The notes beneath the pieces were generated by a model, which saw nothing but the letters and a program-made list of their open reading frames with translations, was not told the DNA's origin and made no database searches. The position numbers and the translations under genes were made by a program. Below, piece after piece: positions 1 through 13,899 of a stretch of DNA of 64,000 nt; position 1 is the stretch's first letter; each line of letters begins with the position of its first letter. Source of the DNA: Eledone cirrhosa (Eukaryota); the NCBI GenBank assembly GCA_964016885.1, contig OZ024740.1:147684001-147748000 (forward strand). The letters run 5' to 3'.

Positions 1-62
1 TTATTATATATATTTCAAGGGCAACCAAGGCAAATTATGGTGCGCTTTCATCAGATAAAATA
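1..62 (-). ncRNA. Type I hammerhead ribozyme (cut by window edge)
   Basis: Minus strand: tattttat-CTGATGA-aagcgcacc...ggttgccctt-GAAA-tatata-TA-ataa. Confidence 0.8.
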
Positions 63-1357
63 CAGATTTGTTTTATAAATAAATATTGACATAACCGGAA
101 AAAAGACAACCTTAACGGTTGGAGCTTCCTGGATAGTAGAGATAATATTTTATTGAGGGTAATACAAAGTTATGAGTAAGTATGCAAATGAGTGTCCGGA
201 AAGTTGAAAAGATAACGGTTTATTTAAATTAAACTGTTGGAAGAAGATGATATGTAAGGGAGAGAGAAAAAGAAAAGGAAGGAGAAAGAGAGAAGAGGAA
301 AGAAAGAACGATTATACATAGTGATAGTGAAGATAGTCAAGTGTGAACGAAGAAATAAGTTTTAATGGAAAAATATACATAGCGTAAATATATCTAAGTG
401 AAAGAAGTGAAAGAAGAAATAAGATTAACGTGGAAGAATAATATTTAGAATGTAGGGTTCATTATGTTGTGATTATAATATTTATAATGATAGGTTGAAA
501 AATTAGATTAAAATTAAAAATTAAAAATCAAAATTAAAGATTAAAATTTGCCTTAATATTAAAGATTTAATTTAATATTAATATTAAAAATTAAAAATTA
601 AAAATTAAAAATTAAAAATTAAAAATTAAAATTAAAACAGAAGTATTTATATTATATTAAGATGTATTAGTAATAATATATTGGTTTAGATGTGTATGTT
701 ATGGATTATAAATTATTTAAATAAATATATAGTATTTTACATTAGAGAAAATCTAGTATAGTTTATTTTATTAAAGTAAGTTTGGCCAAATTATATTTAT
801 TAAGTCAAAACTTAAACATCCAAATAATTCTAAATTTATGAAAATTTACAAGAGTTTACAAAGGAATAACTACTTAATTAGGTTATAAAAACAGTAAGGA
901 AGTATAAAGGAAGTTAGAAGTGATTTTTGAAGAACTCAAATGACTCCAAGGATACATAAAAAACCTTTCGAAAAATTTTTGTTTTTTATTTATTTAAAAA
1001 AATTTTTTTATGAGAAGTCATAAAAATGTTTGAAGATATAAAATATTGGAAGATATGAAAATAATGGTTTTTCTATATCTTTCAAAGGAACTTTCAAAGA
1101 ATTTTCTAAAACCTTCAGAAAGATTTTCAAGGAAAATTTTCCTTAAAAGAATTTCAAGTAGTCATATAAAAAAAGGTTATAATCTATTGATAAGTGTAAT
1201 AATATAAAGTATATTTATGAGGTAGAGATAATAGAAAGTAAATTAAATATATATGAATCATATATAGATATAATCTGAAGGATGGGGTTGTAGGTGGTTG
1301 GATATAGAAAACATTATGTAAAGGAGATTAACCATATATTTCATTTTATATATATAT

Positions 1358-3141
1358 CTAAAGGTTGCGTTTAGAAGAACTAAATAAATTATGTCGCAAA
1401 TTAATATAATTATTACTTTTTAGTATAAAGAATATTTCTTCAACGCAAAGGGAGCAATTTTTGAATAGAGCCGTGGGGATAATTTCCCAAGATAAAGAAT
1501 AGTTAATATTTTTGGATTTTAAGTTCCATAATAAGTTGGATAGAGAAATTGAAGATTTTTTTACCAATATTCGTAAAGGAACATTTATGGTTATTGAAAC
1601 GAGATTTGAAACCTGTGGAAGTAGAGCCGACATAGTTAAAGGAATTTTCATTGGTTTTGACATTACAATTGTATACTATATTTTTAACTAAACAGTTATT
1701 ATTTAGAGGACAGTTAGATTTATTTCTACAATTACATTTATCTAAATTTATATTATTGGGAGCCGTAACATTATATTGGATATTGCTAGAGATATTAATG
1801 GTATTCTGGTTAGGTTTTAAGTTTCTATTACTAATTCTATTAATATTACTAGTGGTGGAATACGATAATTTTATAGTATGTCTATTAAATATTGAGTAAT
1901 ACCTATGTGTTCTAGGAAAGCATGTATCTAGAGCTTTAAAGAATAATTTAGCATTAGGAGTTTTAATACTTAATGAGAAAGGGGGAGCGAACCATAATAT
2001 ATTTCTAGTTCTATTTCTTCTTTTGATTTTCGAGTTAGTGCAAGGTTTCCTATTATAATTATATTTATAGTTATGGTTAATTGGCACATCCTTATTATCA
2101 ATGTATTTAACTTAACGCTTCGTTATAATATTGTGCCTTAACTTTAAATATATTTTTATTCGCTGAAATTCTAGAAATACGTTGCTGCACAGAAATTCTA
2201 GAAATACGTTGCTGCACAGAATTTACAATAGTGTTTTTAACGGATCTGGGGTAATTGGAATTAAAGTTAACATAGTTTAAATTCTCATTGATTTTATGAA
2301 ATGGATAATAAAGACCAGTATCAAGGTTTAAAGTTACATCTAAAAAATTAACTATTTTATTCTCTACTTCTACTTTAAGATTAACGCTATTAAAAATTTG
2401 TATAATTTCTTTTCTTTTCCTATTTATTTCACAATTATTATTTTCAATAAGCAATAGCATATCGTCACGATATAAACCACCGGTCATCTCTGGTATTTTC
2501 CTATGTAAAGTATTGTTAATAAAAAGCCCCACAAGATCCGTTAATTGCGCCGAGTCCGATGACCCCATAGTGATATCGAAATTGTTATCCCTATCTGCTC
2601 TAGTCCAAAGGTGGTTGCTAAATTTAATTAATGTTTTACGTGCAGTTAAGATAATGTGCATTTCATTGCTAGTTAAATCAGTATATTTAAATGCATATGT
2701 AAGGGCTTTATTAAGTAAATTAGGAGTGATAGATGAGTAATAATTAGCAATATCTAATTGAATGAATTTATTGTTATGTTTATATTTAATGTCCTTAAGC
2801 CAGTCAATAACTTCATTAGTCCCTTTCCATAATTTTAAATAAGATATTTCCTTAAGTTGTGGTATGATTCTATCTAAAATATTCTTGCTAAGTATGCCAA
2901 GGTCCGATTTAGATGGTGCAATCAGTCTAACTGGTAATTCAATTTCAAAATTTCTTTTATGGTCCTTCAAATTAATTTTTGGTTTCCTAGGTATGAAGGG
3001 TTGAGTCCTATTTTCGATGCCTAATTCCTGCATTATATAAGAAGCTTCAGTATTTAGTCTTTCAAGGTCATCATTGGTTGCTCTTTTGTAATTTTTCCTT
3101 AATTCCTTCAATATAAGATTATTGTAATCATCCTTTTGCAT
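1358..3141 (-). pseudogene. PLE RT plus C-terminal GIY-YIG endonuclease, broken by frameshifts
   Basis: ORF 2107-3141 has IQLDIANYYSSI, ITMGSSDS, LYRDD, NFLDV. ORFs 1503-2087 and 1358-1663 have RNILWFAPPFS, CNCRNKSNCPLNNNC, IVY..YVG..FKSRFNNH, CSLCVEE. Internal 27-bp tandem duplication (VQQRISRIS twice). Confidence 0.92.
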
Positions 3142-3265
3142 TCCGTAAAGATTGTTGGTTTTATCTGATTTAACAGGAATTTTTTCCGTTTGTTCAAAGT
3201 TTTCTATATTATTTTTGAGACATTTGAGGTAATCCTAGCCTACAAAGTGGTTTTGTTAAATTTTC

Positions 3266-3957
3266 TTAAAAGATATCGAAAAACCATTATTTTCATATCT
3301 TCCAATATTTTATATCTTCAAACATTTTTAATATATGTATCCAAATATTTATATATATGTGGAATAACATGGTTTTTATATATAGGTTTTTTTTATATAT
3401 ATGTGGAATAACCTATGGTTTATGTTTTAACTATATTCTTAAGATAGATTTTTTAACTTTATAACAAGTATGACTTCTTATAAAATAGCCTATGGTTTAT
3501 GTTTTAATTATATTCTTAAGATAAATTTATGACTTCTTATAAAATAACATATGGTTATGTTTTAATTATATTCTTAAGATGAAATTTTTTAACTTTATAA
3601 CATCTATGACTTCTCATAAAAAACTTTTAAAAAATTTAAAAAAAAGATTTTTTTTTTTCGAAAGGTTTTTTTTATGTATCCTTGGAGTCATTTGAGTTCT
3701 TAAAAAATCACTTCTAACTTCCTTTATACTTCCTTACTGTTTTTATAATCTAATTAAATAGTTATTCCTTTGTAAACTCTTAAATTAAATCTTTAATATT
3801 AAGGCAAATTTTAATCTTTAATTTTGATTTTTAATTTTTAATTTTAATCTAATTTTTCAACCTATCATTATAAATATTATAATCACAACGTAATGAACCC
3901 TACATTCTAAATATTATTCTTCCACGTTAATCTTATTTCTTCTTTCACTTCTTTCAC
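3266..3957 (+). repeat. Inverted 5' copy of the PLE-1 pseudo-LTR (internally deleted)
   Basis: Reverse complement of about 1020-1083, 850-1030 and 397-575; inverted 5' pLTRs are typical of PLE insertions. Confidence 0.85.
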
Positions 3958-4902
3958 ATATATATAAAACTGAGGATGTCTGTCTGTGCGTGTGTGAGTT
4001 CGAATCCCTAAAACTCGAGAACCACCCAACTGACTGTTTTCAAACTTTACACATGTAATACTTATGTGTCAGAGAGTGTTCTGAACAAAAAAACTTCAAA
4101 TTTTCAATGCCCTAGGGACTGCATTAGGCGATTTAGCGATCTCTCTCTATAATTCTTAGTCTTTCTCTTTTTAGATAGATACATACATATAACGTCGCGT
4201 CCTTATAATATCTGTCTGTATTACGTCGCGTCCTTATAATAGCTGTCTGCATTACGTCACTTCCCCGAGGATGTCTATCTGTGTGTGTGTGTGTGTCTGT
4301 CAGTTTGAATCCCTAAACCTCGAAAAGTACCCAACCGATTTTTTAAAGGCTTTACATGTGTATTACTTATGTTTCAGGGAGTGTTATGCACATAAAAAAT
4401 TCAACTTTTTTTTATCTCCTAGGGCCCGCATTAAGTGAAAAACTGCATTTTTAAAGATTTTTTTAGGGTTCCTTTGAGGCATTACGTCAGACCGATTTCC
4501 TGGAAATTGTAACTATGTATTATTCAGTCTCTTTTTCATACCGTAAGCAAAGAAAATCCAACTTTCTTATGGCCTAGGGCCCGCATTAGGTGAAAAACTT
4601 AATTTTTTCAGCTTCTTAGGGATTTTTGGAGGCGTTACGTCTAGCCGATTTTCCCGAAATTTAAAGGCATATTATGCACATAAAAAATTTCATTTTCTTG
4701 ATCCCCTAGGGCCCGCATTAGATGAAAACCTGCACTTTTCCTGCTTCATCGAGGAAAATCTTAAAGATTATTCAGCCATCAGAGGATTCGGTTTATTTTC
4801 TTTACATATTGTCCAGGCATGCAGTTTTTTCACGATTAGGTCTGTTGGCGGCCCCCGTTCCAAAATACCTTATCCCGTGCAACGCCGGGTACCACTGCTA
4901 GT
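3958..4902 (+). mobile_element. Non-autonomous Helitron
   Basis: 5' tataaaac..gtctgtctg; 3' hairpin cccgtgcaacgccggg then CTAGT; related copies at 33430-35200. Confidence 0.75.
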
Positions 4903-4910
4903 ATATATAT

Positions 4911-5101
4911 ATAACGAAGGAGGTGTGGTAAAAAACCAGATGGACCATAACGCACCAGAGTACTAAATGCTTAGGGTAGTAGAGTGGGTAATAGGAAAAA
5001 GTTTAACCCCGATAGCAGATCTCAAGCCGTTTCGACGGCTATTTCTGGACCAGAAATAGCCTTCGAAACGGCTTGAGCTCTGCCGTCGGGGTTAAACTTT
5101 T

Positions 5102-5107
<6 letters not shown>
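4911..5107 (-). mobile_element. pLTR 3' end of the PLE-4 family with a fold-back palindrome (about 4990-5107) holding the 3' half of its hammerhead
   Basis: Reverse complement of 29117-29255; palindrome centred near 5050; flanked by (TA)n. Confidence 0.8.
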
Positions 5108-5132
<25 letters not shown>

Positions 5133-5136
<4 letters not shown>

Positions 5137-5741
5137 TGGCTGCCAACTCGTTTTCGAGTACGGCCACTACTTTATATCCATGTAGGAGAACCCCTACTGA
5201 TGCGCTGAACGAGTGTGACTTTTTAGTCCAGCCAGCGACTTGAAAACTCTGGTACAAACACTACACTTGTGACAATTATTGACACATAGTGCTAGGCCCA
5301 TGGTACCATGTGACGACAAGTGCAGAGAGATCTCCAGATATAAAGCAATGCCTGTGCCGTGAAGCTTTTATAGTGAGCAAAGGCACTGCACAAAGCCAGT
5401 CCCACTCTCTTAACCAAGATGATATTTACCAAAAGAAGAAGAAGTCAACATCATTGGATACCATCAGAGTTGCAGGTGTTATATCAGAGCTTTCCTTCTC
5501 CTAGAATTCTGCCTTGACAAAGACTGAGGGGTCATCTCTCCCGGTGATTTTGGAAGGCCATTGACACTTACGAGCTCCTTTGCCCTTTGACAGGTTTTGT
5601 TTTTAGTCCTGCAGGATGTCCAAAGTCACCCTCCTCACCAAGAAACCTTGGTGGGGTTGCCAGTTTAGTCGCCAACGACCCGACCATGAGACAGGTTGTT
5701 CTGGGATACATGTTACCACTTGCACAAGCTGGTGACCTGAC
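5133..5741 (-). mobile_element. 610-bp non-autonomous RTE-related retroelement, copy 1
   Basis: Near-identical to 5778-6382 and 6568-7175; contains ctaggagaaggaaa as in RTE 5' UTRs; 3' end ctcgaaaacgagttggcagccacca resembles the RTE 3' end at 11491-11515. Confidence 0.75.
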
Positions 5742-5777
5742 ATATACACATACATACATATACACTTATATATACTT

Positions 5778-6382
5778 ATGTCAGGTCACCAGTTGGGGCT
5801 ACTGGTAACATGTATCCCAGTACAACCTGTCTCATGGTCGTTGGCGACTAAACTGGCAACCCCACCAAGGTTTCTTGGTGAGGAGGGTGACTTTGGACAT
5901 CCTGCAGGACTAAAAACAAAACCTGTCTAAGGGCAAAGAGCTCTTAAGAGCCAATGGCCATCCAAAATCACCGGGAGAGATGACCCCTTAGCCTTTGTCA
6001 AGGCAGAATTCTAGGAGAAGGAAAACTCTGATATAACACCTGCAACCCTGCTGGTATCCAATGATGTTGACTTGTTCTTCTTTTTGGTAAATATCATCTT
6101 GATTAAGAGAGTGGGACTGGCTTTGTGCAGTGCCTTTGCTCACTATAAAAGCTTCACGGCACATGCATTGCTTTGTATCTAGAGATCTCTCTGCACTTGT
6201 CGTCACATGGTACCATGGGCCCAGCACTATGTGTCAATAATTGTCACAGTTGTAGTGTTTGTACCAGAGTTTTCAAGTCGCTGGCTGGACTAAAAAGTCA
6301 CACTCGTTTAGCGCATCGGTAGGGGTTCTCCTACATGGATATAAAGTAGTGGCCGTACTCTAAAACGAGTTGGCAGCCACCA
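5778..6382 (+). mobile_element. 610-bp non-autonomous RTE-related retroelement, copy 2 (inverted relative to copy 1)
   Basis: Alignment by eye; TA/TATG microsatellite on both sides. Confidence 0.75.
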
Positions 6383-6567
6383 TATATATATATATGTGTA
6401 TATGTATGTATGTATGTGTGTATATGTATATGTATGTATATGTATGTATATATGTATTATGTATATATATATATGTATGTATGTGTATGTGTATGTATAT
6501 ATATGTATGTATATATATTGTGTATATGTATATATGTATGTATGTATATATGTGTGTATATGTGTAT

Positions 6568-7175
6568 ATGTCAGGTCACCAGTTGGTGCTATTGGTAACA
6601 TGTATCCCAGTACAACCTGTCTCATGGTCGGGTCGTTGGCGACTAAACTGGCAACCCCACCAAGGTTTCTTGGTGAAGAGGGTGGCTTTGGACATCCTGC
6701 AGGACTAAAAACAAAACCTGTCAAAAGGCAAAGGGGCTCTTAAGAGTCAATAGCCATCCAAAATCACCGGGAGAGATGACCCCTTAGCCTTTGTCAAGGC
6801 AGAATTCTAGGAGAAGGAAAACTCTGATAAAACACCTGCAACCCTGATGGTATCCAATGATGTTGAATTGTTCTTTTTGGTAAATATCATCTTGGTTAAG
6901 AGAGTGGGACTGGCTTTGTGCAGTGCCTTTGCTCACTATAAAAGCTTCACAGCACAGGCATTGCTTTATATCTGGGGATCTCTCTGCGCTTGTCGTCACG
7001 TGGTGCCGTGGGCCCAGCACTGTGTGTCAATGGTTGTCACAAGTGTAGTGTTTGTACCAGAGTTTTCAAGTCACTGGCTGGACTAAAAAGTCACACTCGT
7101 TCAGCGCATTGGTAGGGGTTCTCCTACATGGATATAAAGTAGTGGCCGTACTCGAAAACGAGTTGGCAGCCACCA
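6568..7175 (+). mobile_element. 610-bp non-autonomous RTE-related retroelement, copy 3
   Basis: Alignment by eye; followed by a (TATG)n tail. Confidence 0.75.
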
Positions 7176-7364
7176 TATGTGTATATATATGTATGTTATG
7201 TATATGTATATATGTATGTATATGTATGTATGTATGTTTATGTATGTATGTATGTATATATATGTATGTATATGTATGTATGTATGTGTGTGTATGTATG
7301 TATGTATATGTATATGTGTATGTATGTATATGTATGTATGTATGTATATGTATATGTATGTATG

Positions 7365-7421
<57 letters not shown>

Positions 7422-7869
7422 TTGTTTGTATATATGTATGTATGTGCTTATGTATGTATATATAACCACACTTACAAAGTGAAACGGGCTGGCAGCCATA
7501 TAATATAGGAAGAAATTTAGCGTGATTATAATAATACAAACGTTTCCTCTTATGTTTTCTTTTTTTTTAACTCTTCTTTCGCTATGTTCTTTTAAGTTTA
7601 AATTGAAAATAATCTTTTCAAAATATATATAATGAATGTATGTTCAAACAGAGACCAAGAAGAAAGAATATTTGAACACTTACGATTTCCTTTATTGGTA
7701 TCGATTCCATATACTCAAATTTCTCCATAATGCGAAGCTTGTTGAAATGTTGCATTCTGATATAGCGACATGCCGGTTGCCAAGTGTTATCTGCTATGTA
7801 AGAATAGAAAATTTCCCTCGCAGATACGATGGTTGCCGAAACTGACGTCATTAATTGCCTTCGTTTAAT

Positions 7870-8480
<611 letters not shown>

Positions 8481-8538
8481 TACGTACGTGCCCCCTGGTT
8501 ATCGAGTATTCCCATTGCACGTTATACCATTTTTAATA

Positions 8539-8888
8539 ACTAGCTGACGTACCCAGCTTCGCCGGGGTAAACAGATGATAAGAGAAGACAGTTAAAAGAG
8601 AAAATGACTGTATTGGATGTTTGTCTGGTTACAGTATGAGGCGAGTCCGTGGTGTCTGTGTGATACAAACAACAGTAAAAAAAATCCTCTAGATATACCA
8701 GATTCTTCGTTGTACCGTTTGTGCAGAGTATATGAACAATTCTAGGTGCTCCCACCTAGAATAGTGACCTCTAGGAGATGGTTCATCTTCTGCCTGACTG
8801 TAAAACGTGTATCATTGCATAGAGGTGGTTGTTCCACGTTTCTCAAAAGGATGATGGAAGTTCCAATCTTTTATATTATATGTAGATA
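8539..8888 (-). mobile_element. Short non-autonomous Helitron
   Basis: Minus strand 5' tctacatataatataaaag; 3' hairpin ccccggcgaagctggg then tacgtcagCTAGT. Confidence 0.65.
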
Positions 8889-9671
8889 TAGATATAGATA
8901 ATTAATATAAAAAATGGTTTATACAAATGCCAAATTAATATGGATATGGATAACATGCTTATCTATAAGTGGTCAGCTATAATAATAAAACAACAAATTA
9001 TATGACACAAAAATGTATTCAGTAATTTCCAGGCTCTTAGCCACTGAGTAATAGACAGTCAATGTTTCCCAGAGTTCAACTCGGGGAGGTGGCCTGGTTT
9101 GAAATCCAAATGGCGGATCCTTCTACTTCGAAAATAGAATCGTTTTTCAATATTACTCTAGCCCTGGCCGACCATAGGATCCAACCTTTTTGCCAGACTC
9201 AGCATATGATGAGGTTTTATTACCACCGCAATCAGAAGTGACGCACTCAATCTTACACACGTACCCGTGCACTTACACACACGCACACACTCACACATGT
9301 TGATAGTTTTTACTTTCTGTGGAACGCTGCACGCACATGCACATAAACATACGCGCACGTACATACACACGCACACATGTTAATAGTTATTGCTTTCCTT
9401 CCCCTCTTATTTCCACACGCATCACACACACACACATGTCTCTACACTGACACAGATACATAGTGTATCCAACACAGCGTTCACTTTGCCTCTCTGTTTC
9501 TTACTCTCCCCTCTCACTCCCTCATTGGCATTATGCATATTAATTTAAGTTTGGCGTCGTTGAGGTGGGCGGAGTCGTTTGAAACCTATGAACCAATGAT
9601 AATCGAGAATTATGACACACGGAATACTGACATTGTTGAAATTAATATATATATTATTTATTAATTCTATC

Positions 9672-10083
9672 ATGCAATGCCTATGCGTGAAGATATTTTT
9701 TAAAGTGAGGAAAGAATGTGCACTGAGCCAATCCCACTCTTTGAGCGACAGTAGCTATAACCCGAAAAGAAGAAAAGATCAACATCATCGGTAACTACTG
9801 AGCCACAGGTTTTATGTCGGAGGTATCCCAGTTTCCTGAGTTGCCTTCTCCTAGAAGAATGCCCTGGGAAAGGCTAGGGGTACTTCACTCCCAGGGGTTT
9901 AACCGCGCGATTATTTCTATATCCCTGCGTATATGTATACATGTATATACTATATACATACACACATATATACATATGTATATACAAATTTACACATTTT
10001 TGGATGGCCGTTGCCTCTTATTAGTTCTTTGTCAGGTTTTGTTTTTTGTCCTGCAGGGTGTCCAAAATCACCTTCCTCGCCAA
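9672..10083 (-). mobile_element. Diverged fragment of the 610-bp RTE-related element
   Basis: Matches the caatgcct..cccactct..ccttctcctagaa..gtcaggttttgttttt..ctgcagg segments of copy 1. Confidence 0.65.
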
Positions 10084-10303
10084 GTAAACTTACATTCATA
10101 CGTGCATACATGCATACATACATGCATACATACATACATACATACATACATACATACATACATACATACATACATACATACATACATACATACATACATA
10201 CATACAAGCATGCATACATACATACATGCATACATACATACATACATACATACATACATACATACATACATACATACATACATACATACATACATACATA
10301 CAT

Positions 10304-11295
10304 AGTGAGAGTAATATAAATAAGGAAAGTAGTCTATCTTGGACCAACAACCGCTATATTGGCTCCCACGTTGAAGGATACGCTTTTGCAATCCAAGAAC
10401 AGGAGATTAACACGAAATACCTGATTCACAAAAGAGATTGGGATGCAGGCAAAACACCTAGATGTGATAACAAGTGCAGACTCTGCAGAACTAACATCGA
10501 GGATATCACCCATGTCATCAGCAGCTGTCCAAAGATGTCATCGCGGTACTATCTACCTATGAGGCATGATGTAGTGGCCAAAACACTGTACAATGCAGTT
10601 CGTAAAAAAATAGCCCCGATAATAAACACGTTAAAAGCTACAGCAAGATGGAAGATATCCATGTACATAATATGAAAGAGTACTGGTGGAATGTTCCAGT
10701 AAAAACCCCAATAAAATGCAGGCATAACAGACTAGATATTATGATATGGGACAGGGAGAAGAAAGCATGCACAGTAGTGGAAATTAGCTGCCCAGCAGAT
10801 GCCAATATAATATCAAAGATTAGTGAAAAGGAGAATATTTATGCAGAACTGATGAGAAATCTGCAGATACACTACCCTGATTACACCTTCAGATTTATGC
10901 CTGTGATTATTGGGGGCACTGTGGTATGTTAGTAAATGCCTCAATACAAATCTTGAGAAACTAGGCTTCGCAGGAACAGAAAGAACACAACTAGTTAGGA
11001 AATTACAAGTACAATCCATTAATGGAACAGTAAAAATATGTAAAAGATTTCAAAAATGTTGCATCTAATAACTGCATATACACATGTACAGATGCAAAGC
11101 ATATACACATGCACACATACAACTCAAAACATACACATCCACACATACAATAACATCCATATCTACACATGCATGCATACATACATATCTACCTAGTTGA
11201 TGTTGTGTAAATTCCAATGAGAGAGTCTGGTGTCTATGTTAGAAAACGACTCTCTCTCTATTGGTAAAACTTTGTGAAATTATAAAACCAGAAAA
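10304..11295 (+). mobile_element. R4/Dong-clade non-LTR retrotransposon, 3' fragment (CCHC knuckle plus restriction-like endonuclease)
   Basis: CRLCRTNIEDITHVISSC, RHDVVAK, HNRLDIMIWD..VEISCP..EKENIY..PVIIG; frameshifted; (TACA)n on both sides. Confidence 0.88.
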
Positions 11296-11345
11296 ACATA
11301 CATACATACATACATACATACATACATACATACATACATACATAC

Positions 11346-11476
11346 ATGGTGGCTGCCAACTCGTTTTCGAGTACGGCCACTACCTTATATCCATGTAGGA
11401 GAACCCCTACCGATGCGCTGAACGAGTGTGACCTTTTAGTCCAGCCAGCGACTTCAAAACTCTGGTACAAACACTA
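11346..11476 (-). mobile_element. 3'-end fragment of the 610-bp RTE-related element
   Basis: Near-identical to 5133-5265. Confidence 0.75.
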
Positions 11477-11490
11477 CATACATACATACA

Positions 11491-13845
11491 TGATGGTTGC
11501 AAACTCGTGTTCGAGATTTGCCATCGCCTGATAAAATGCTCAAAAATGTGAGGCACAAATGTGGCTCTTTACACCAGCCAAAGACTTGCATCCTCTGGCT
11601 TAATATGGCAACTGTAGGCTCCTCCGGGACTTTCCATTGCTTTGTTCTGGCTGTGTGTTCTCGTGTGTCTTTTCAGACCTCCCAAGCTAACACATTTCTT
11701 GCCACATTCCTTACACCTTTTCAGATCATAATCTACATGAGGTCTACTGATATGACTTTGTTCGTGTCTAGTCAAACCAGCTTTACTTAGGCAGGCTCGA
11801 CCACAGTGCTGGCAAACCAGATGATGTTCAAAAGCAGGCAGTTCGGAACAGTCTCCTTTCCTTATCTTCCTTTTCAGTGTATGTTCAGTGTATGTTTCAA
11901 AATGTTCACTACCTGACTTGATTAAACGTCTTCACTTCACTCACTCCTCAGCCATTTTCTCCCATTCGTCAGATGAAATTCCAGCACAAGCCAAGGTGCC
12001 AATAACACAGTCCCGGTACCACATTTTTGGGTTGTGTGGTGGTCGCCTTCCTTCACACATTTCTCCATAGAGAAGTTGCTTAGGAATGCGATCATCAGAC
12101 ATCCGGACCACGTGTCCACACCACCTCAACCGGAGCCGAATGATCATACTCTCTATAGTCACGCACCTGCTCCGTTCGAGAACTTCCAAATCACTGACAA
12201 ACATTTTCCACCACACCCCAAGTAACTTTCGAAGAGATTGTTGGTGAAATCTCTCCAGTTCCTTGAGGTGCTTTCTGTATGTGACCCACGTTTCACAAGC
12301 ATAAAGCAAAGAGGAGACGACACAAGTCAGATACACTTTCACCTTGGTTTCGATAGTGATACCTCGTCGGGACCATAAACGTTGATGCAGCCGTCCAAAA
12401 GCATCACTGGCTTTCTTGATTCTTAAGGATATATCATAATCCAATGTGCATGAGTGTTCAGCGTATTACCAAGGCACACAAACTTGTCAGCAACTTTTAG
12501 CTTCTTTCCGTATACATACACACTTGGTGTAGTGTATTCTTTTCCATGTGCAGGCTGATATATCACAACGGTCTTTCCCAAGCTTATTGTAAGGCCCAAA
12601 GCGCTGCAAGCTTCAGAAAAAGAGTTCATAATATGCTGCTTGTCACTTTGTGAGTGCACAAAAAGATCATAGTCATTTGCATACAAAAACTCTCGGATTA
12701 TAGATGTTAATACCTTTGTGCTTGCACCAAAGCGCCTGATGTTGAACAACCTTCCTGAAGTGCGATACCTGATGTAGAGCCCCATGCGAACAATTCTTCC
12801 TGAATGCCACGAGAAACACTATCGTAAAATATAGAGAAAACAGAGTTGGAGCCGGAATGTTACTCTGCTTCACTCCATTTTCATCTGATATTAGTTCAGA
12901 GATGCTATCATAAATACTAACCCAAGCCTTCATGTCATCCAAGACTTTCCAAAATTTTCCATAATGCAGTTCGATTGACGGTGTCAAAGGCCTTTGTCAA
13001 GTTAACAAAGACCTGGTACAGGTCCATACATTGTTCGATACTTTTCTTGCAGCTGCCGTGCAGAAAAGATCATATCCATTGTTCCTCTTTCGTTTCTGAA
13101 TCCAGACTGCGACTCAGGCAACGCATTCAGAGCAACCCCTGAGATCAATCTATCCATCAAAATTCGACACATCACTTTACCAACTACTGAAAGAAGTGAT
13201 ATGCCACGATAATTGCCACATTTATCCTTCCCTCCCTTCCTTTGTGGAGAATCACCATGAGTGTATCCTTCTAATCTTGTGGGACATTTTCATCTTCCCA
13301 CACCTTTTTCATGAGGTCAGTCAGGCACTCCGCGAAGTTTTCACCACCACACTTCAAAACCTCTGCACTCAGACCATCCATACCAGGAGATTTACCACGG
13401 TTCAGCTTATGCACAGCAGAAGTCACATCTGCAAGAGAGGGTACATGAGCCATCTCATTCACTGGTTCAATAGGAATGGAGCAAATGAAATCATCATCAA
13501 TCTGGGATGGCTGGTTTAAGAGCTCATCAAAGTGATCTCTCCATCTGTCGAGTATGTCTTTTGGATCGCGCAGTAACTGCTTGCCATCTTTTGATCTCAA
13601 CGGTGTCACTGGTGAGATGAAAGGACCATACACCTCCCTGAGTAGAGTGTGCAGCAGTTTCACATTGTTGCCATCAGATGCCGCTTGAATCTCATCTGCT
13701 TTGTTGCTCCACCAGGTATTTTGCATGGTCCTGAGTTTCACCTGCATCCGCCTCTTTAGCTGCCTGTAACGCTTATAATTGTCACCAACAGAGCTACCAC
13801 CTTTAAGAACTGTATCAAGTGCCCTTTGTTTTCTGTCCAGCAGAT
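11491..13845 (-). mobile_element. RTE-clade (BovB-like) LINE, 5'-truncated pseudogene
   Basis: GKSPGMDGLSAEVLK, GVKQSNIPAPTLF, FLYAND (degenerate YADD), LLYACETW, RLRWCGHVVRMSDDRIPKQLLYGE; two C2H2-like fingers (CQHC.., CKECGKKC..H); (TGTA)n tail. Confidence 0.92.
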
Positions 13846-13899
13846 GCCAATATAATATCAAAGTGTATGTATGTATGTGCGTATGTATAAGACAAAATG

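Larger units (their letters stand above)
1..3190 (-). mobile_element. Penelope-like retroelement PLE-1 (probably Hydra clade), 5'-truncated, with 3' pseudo-LTR running off the window start
   Basis: RT followed by GIY-YIG ORFs on the minus strand; AT-rich 3' region ending in a hammerhead at 1-62; inverted copy of the 3' region at 3266-3957. Confidence 0.9.

Noticed and set aside
6570-6655. HDV-like ribozyme at the 5' end of the 610-bp element (ccagt..gg-gtcg ttgg cgac-taa-actgg)
   Set aside because: P2, P4 and J4/2-like pieces are visible, but I could not build convincing P1, P3 and P1.1 by eye; an RNArobo/Infernal search is needed.
9025-9090. Possible further hammerhead plus bulged hairpin on the minus strand
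   Set aside because: GAAA-cattgactg-TC and ACTC..AA-GAGC are present, but there is no CTGANGA box or helix I.
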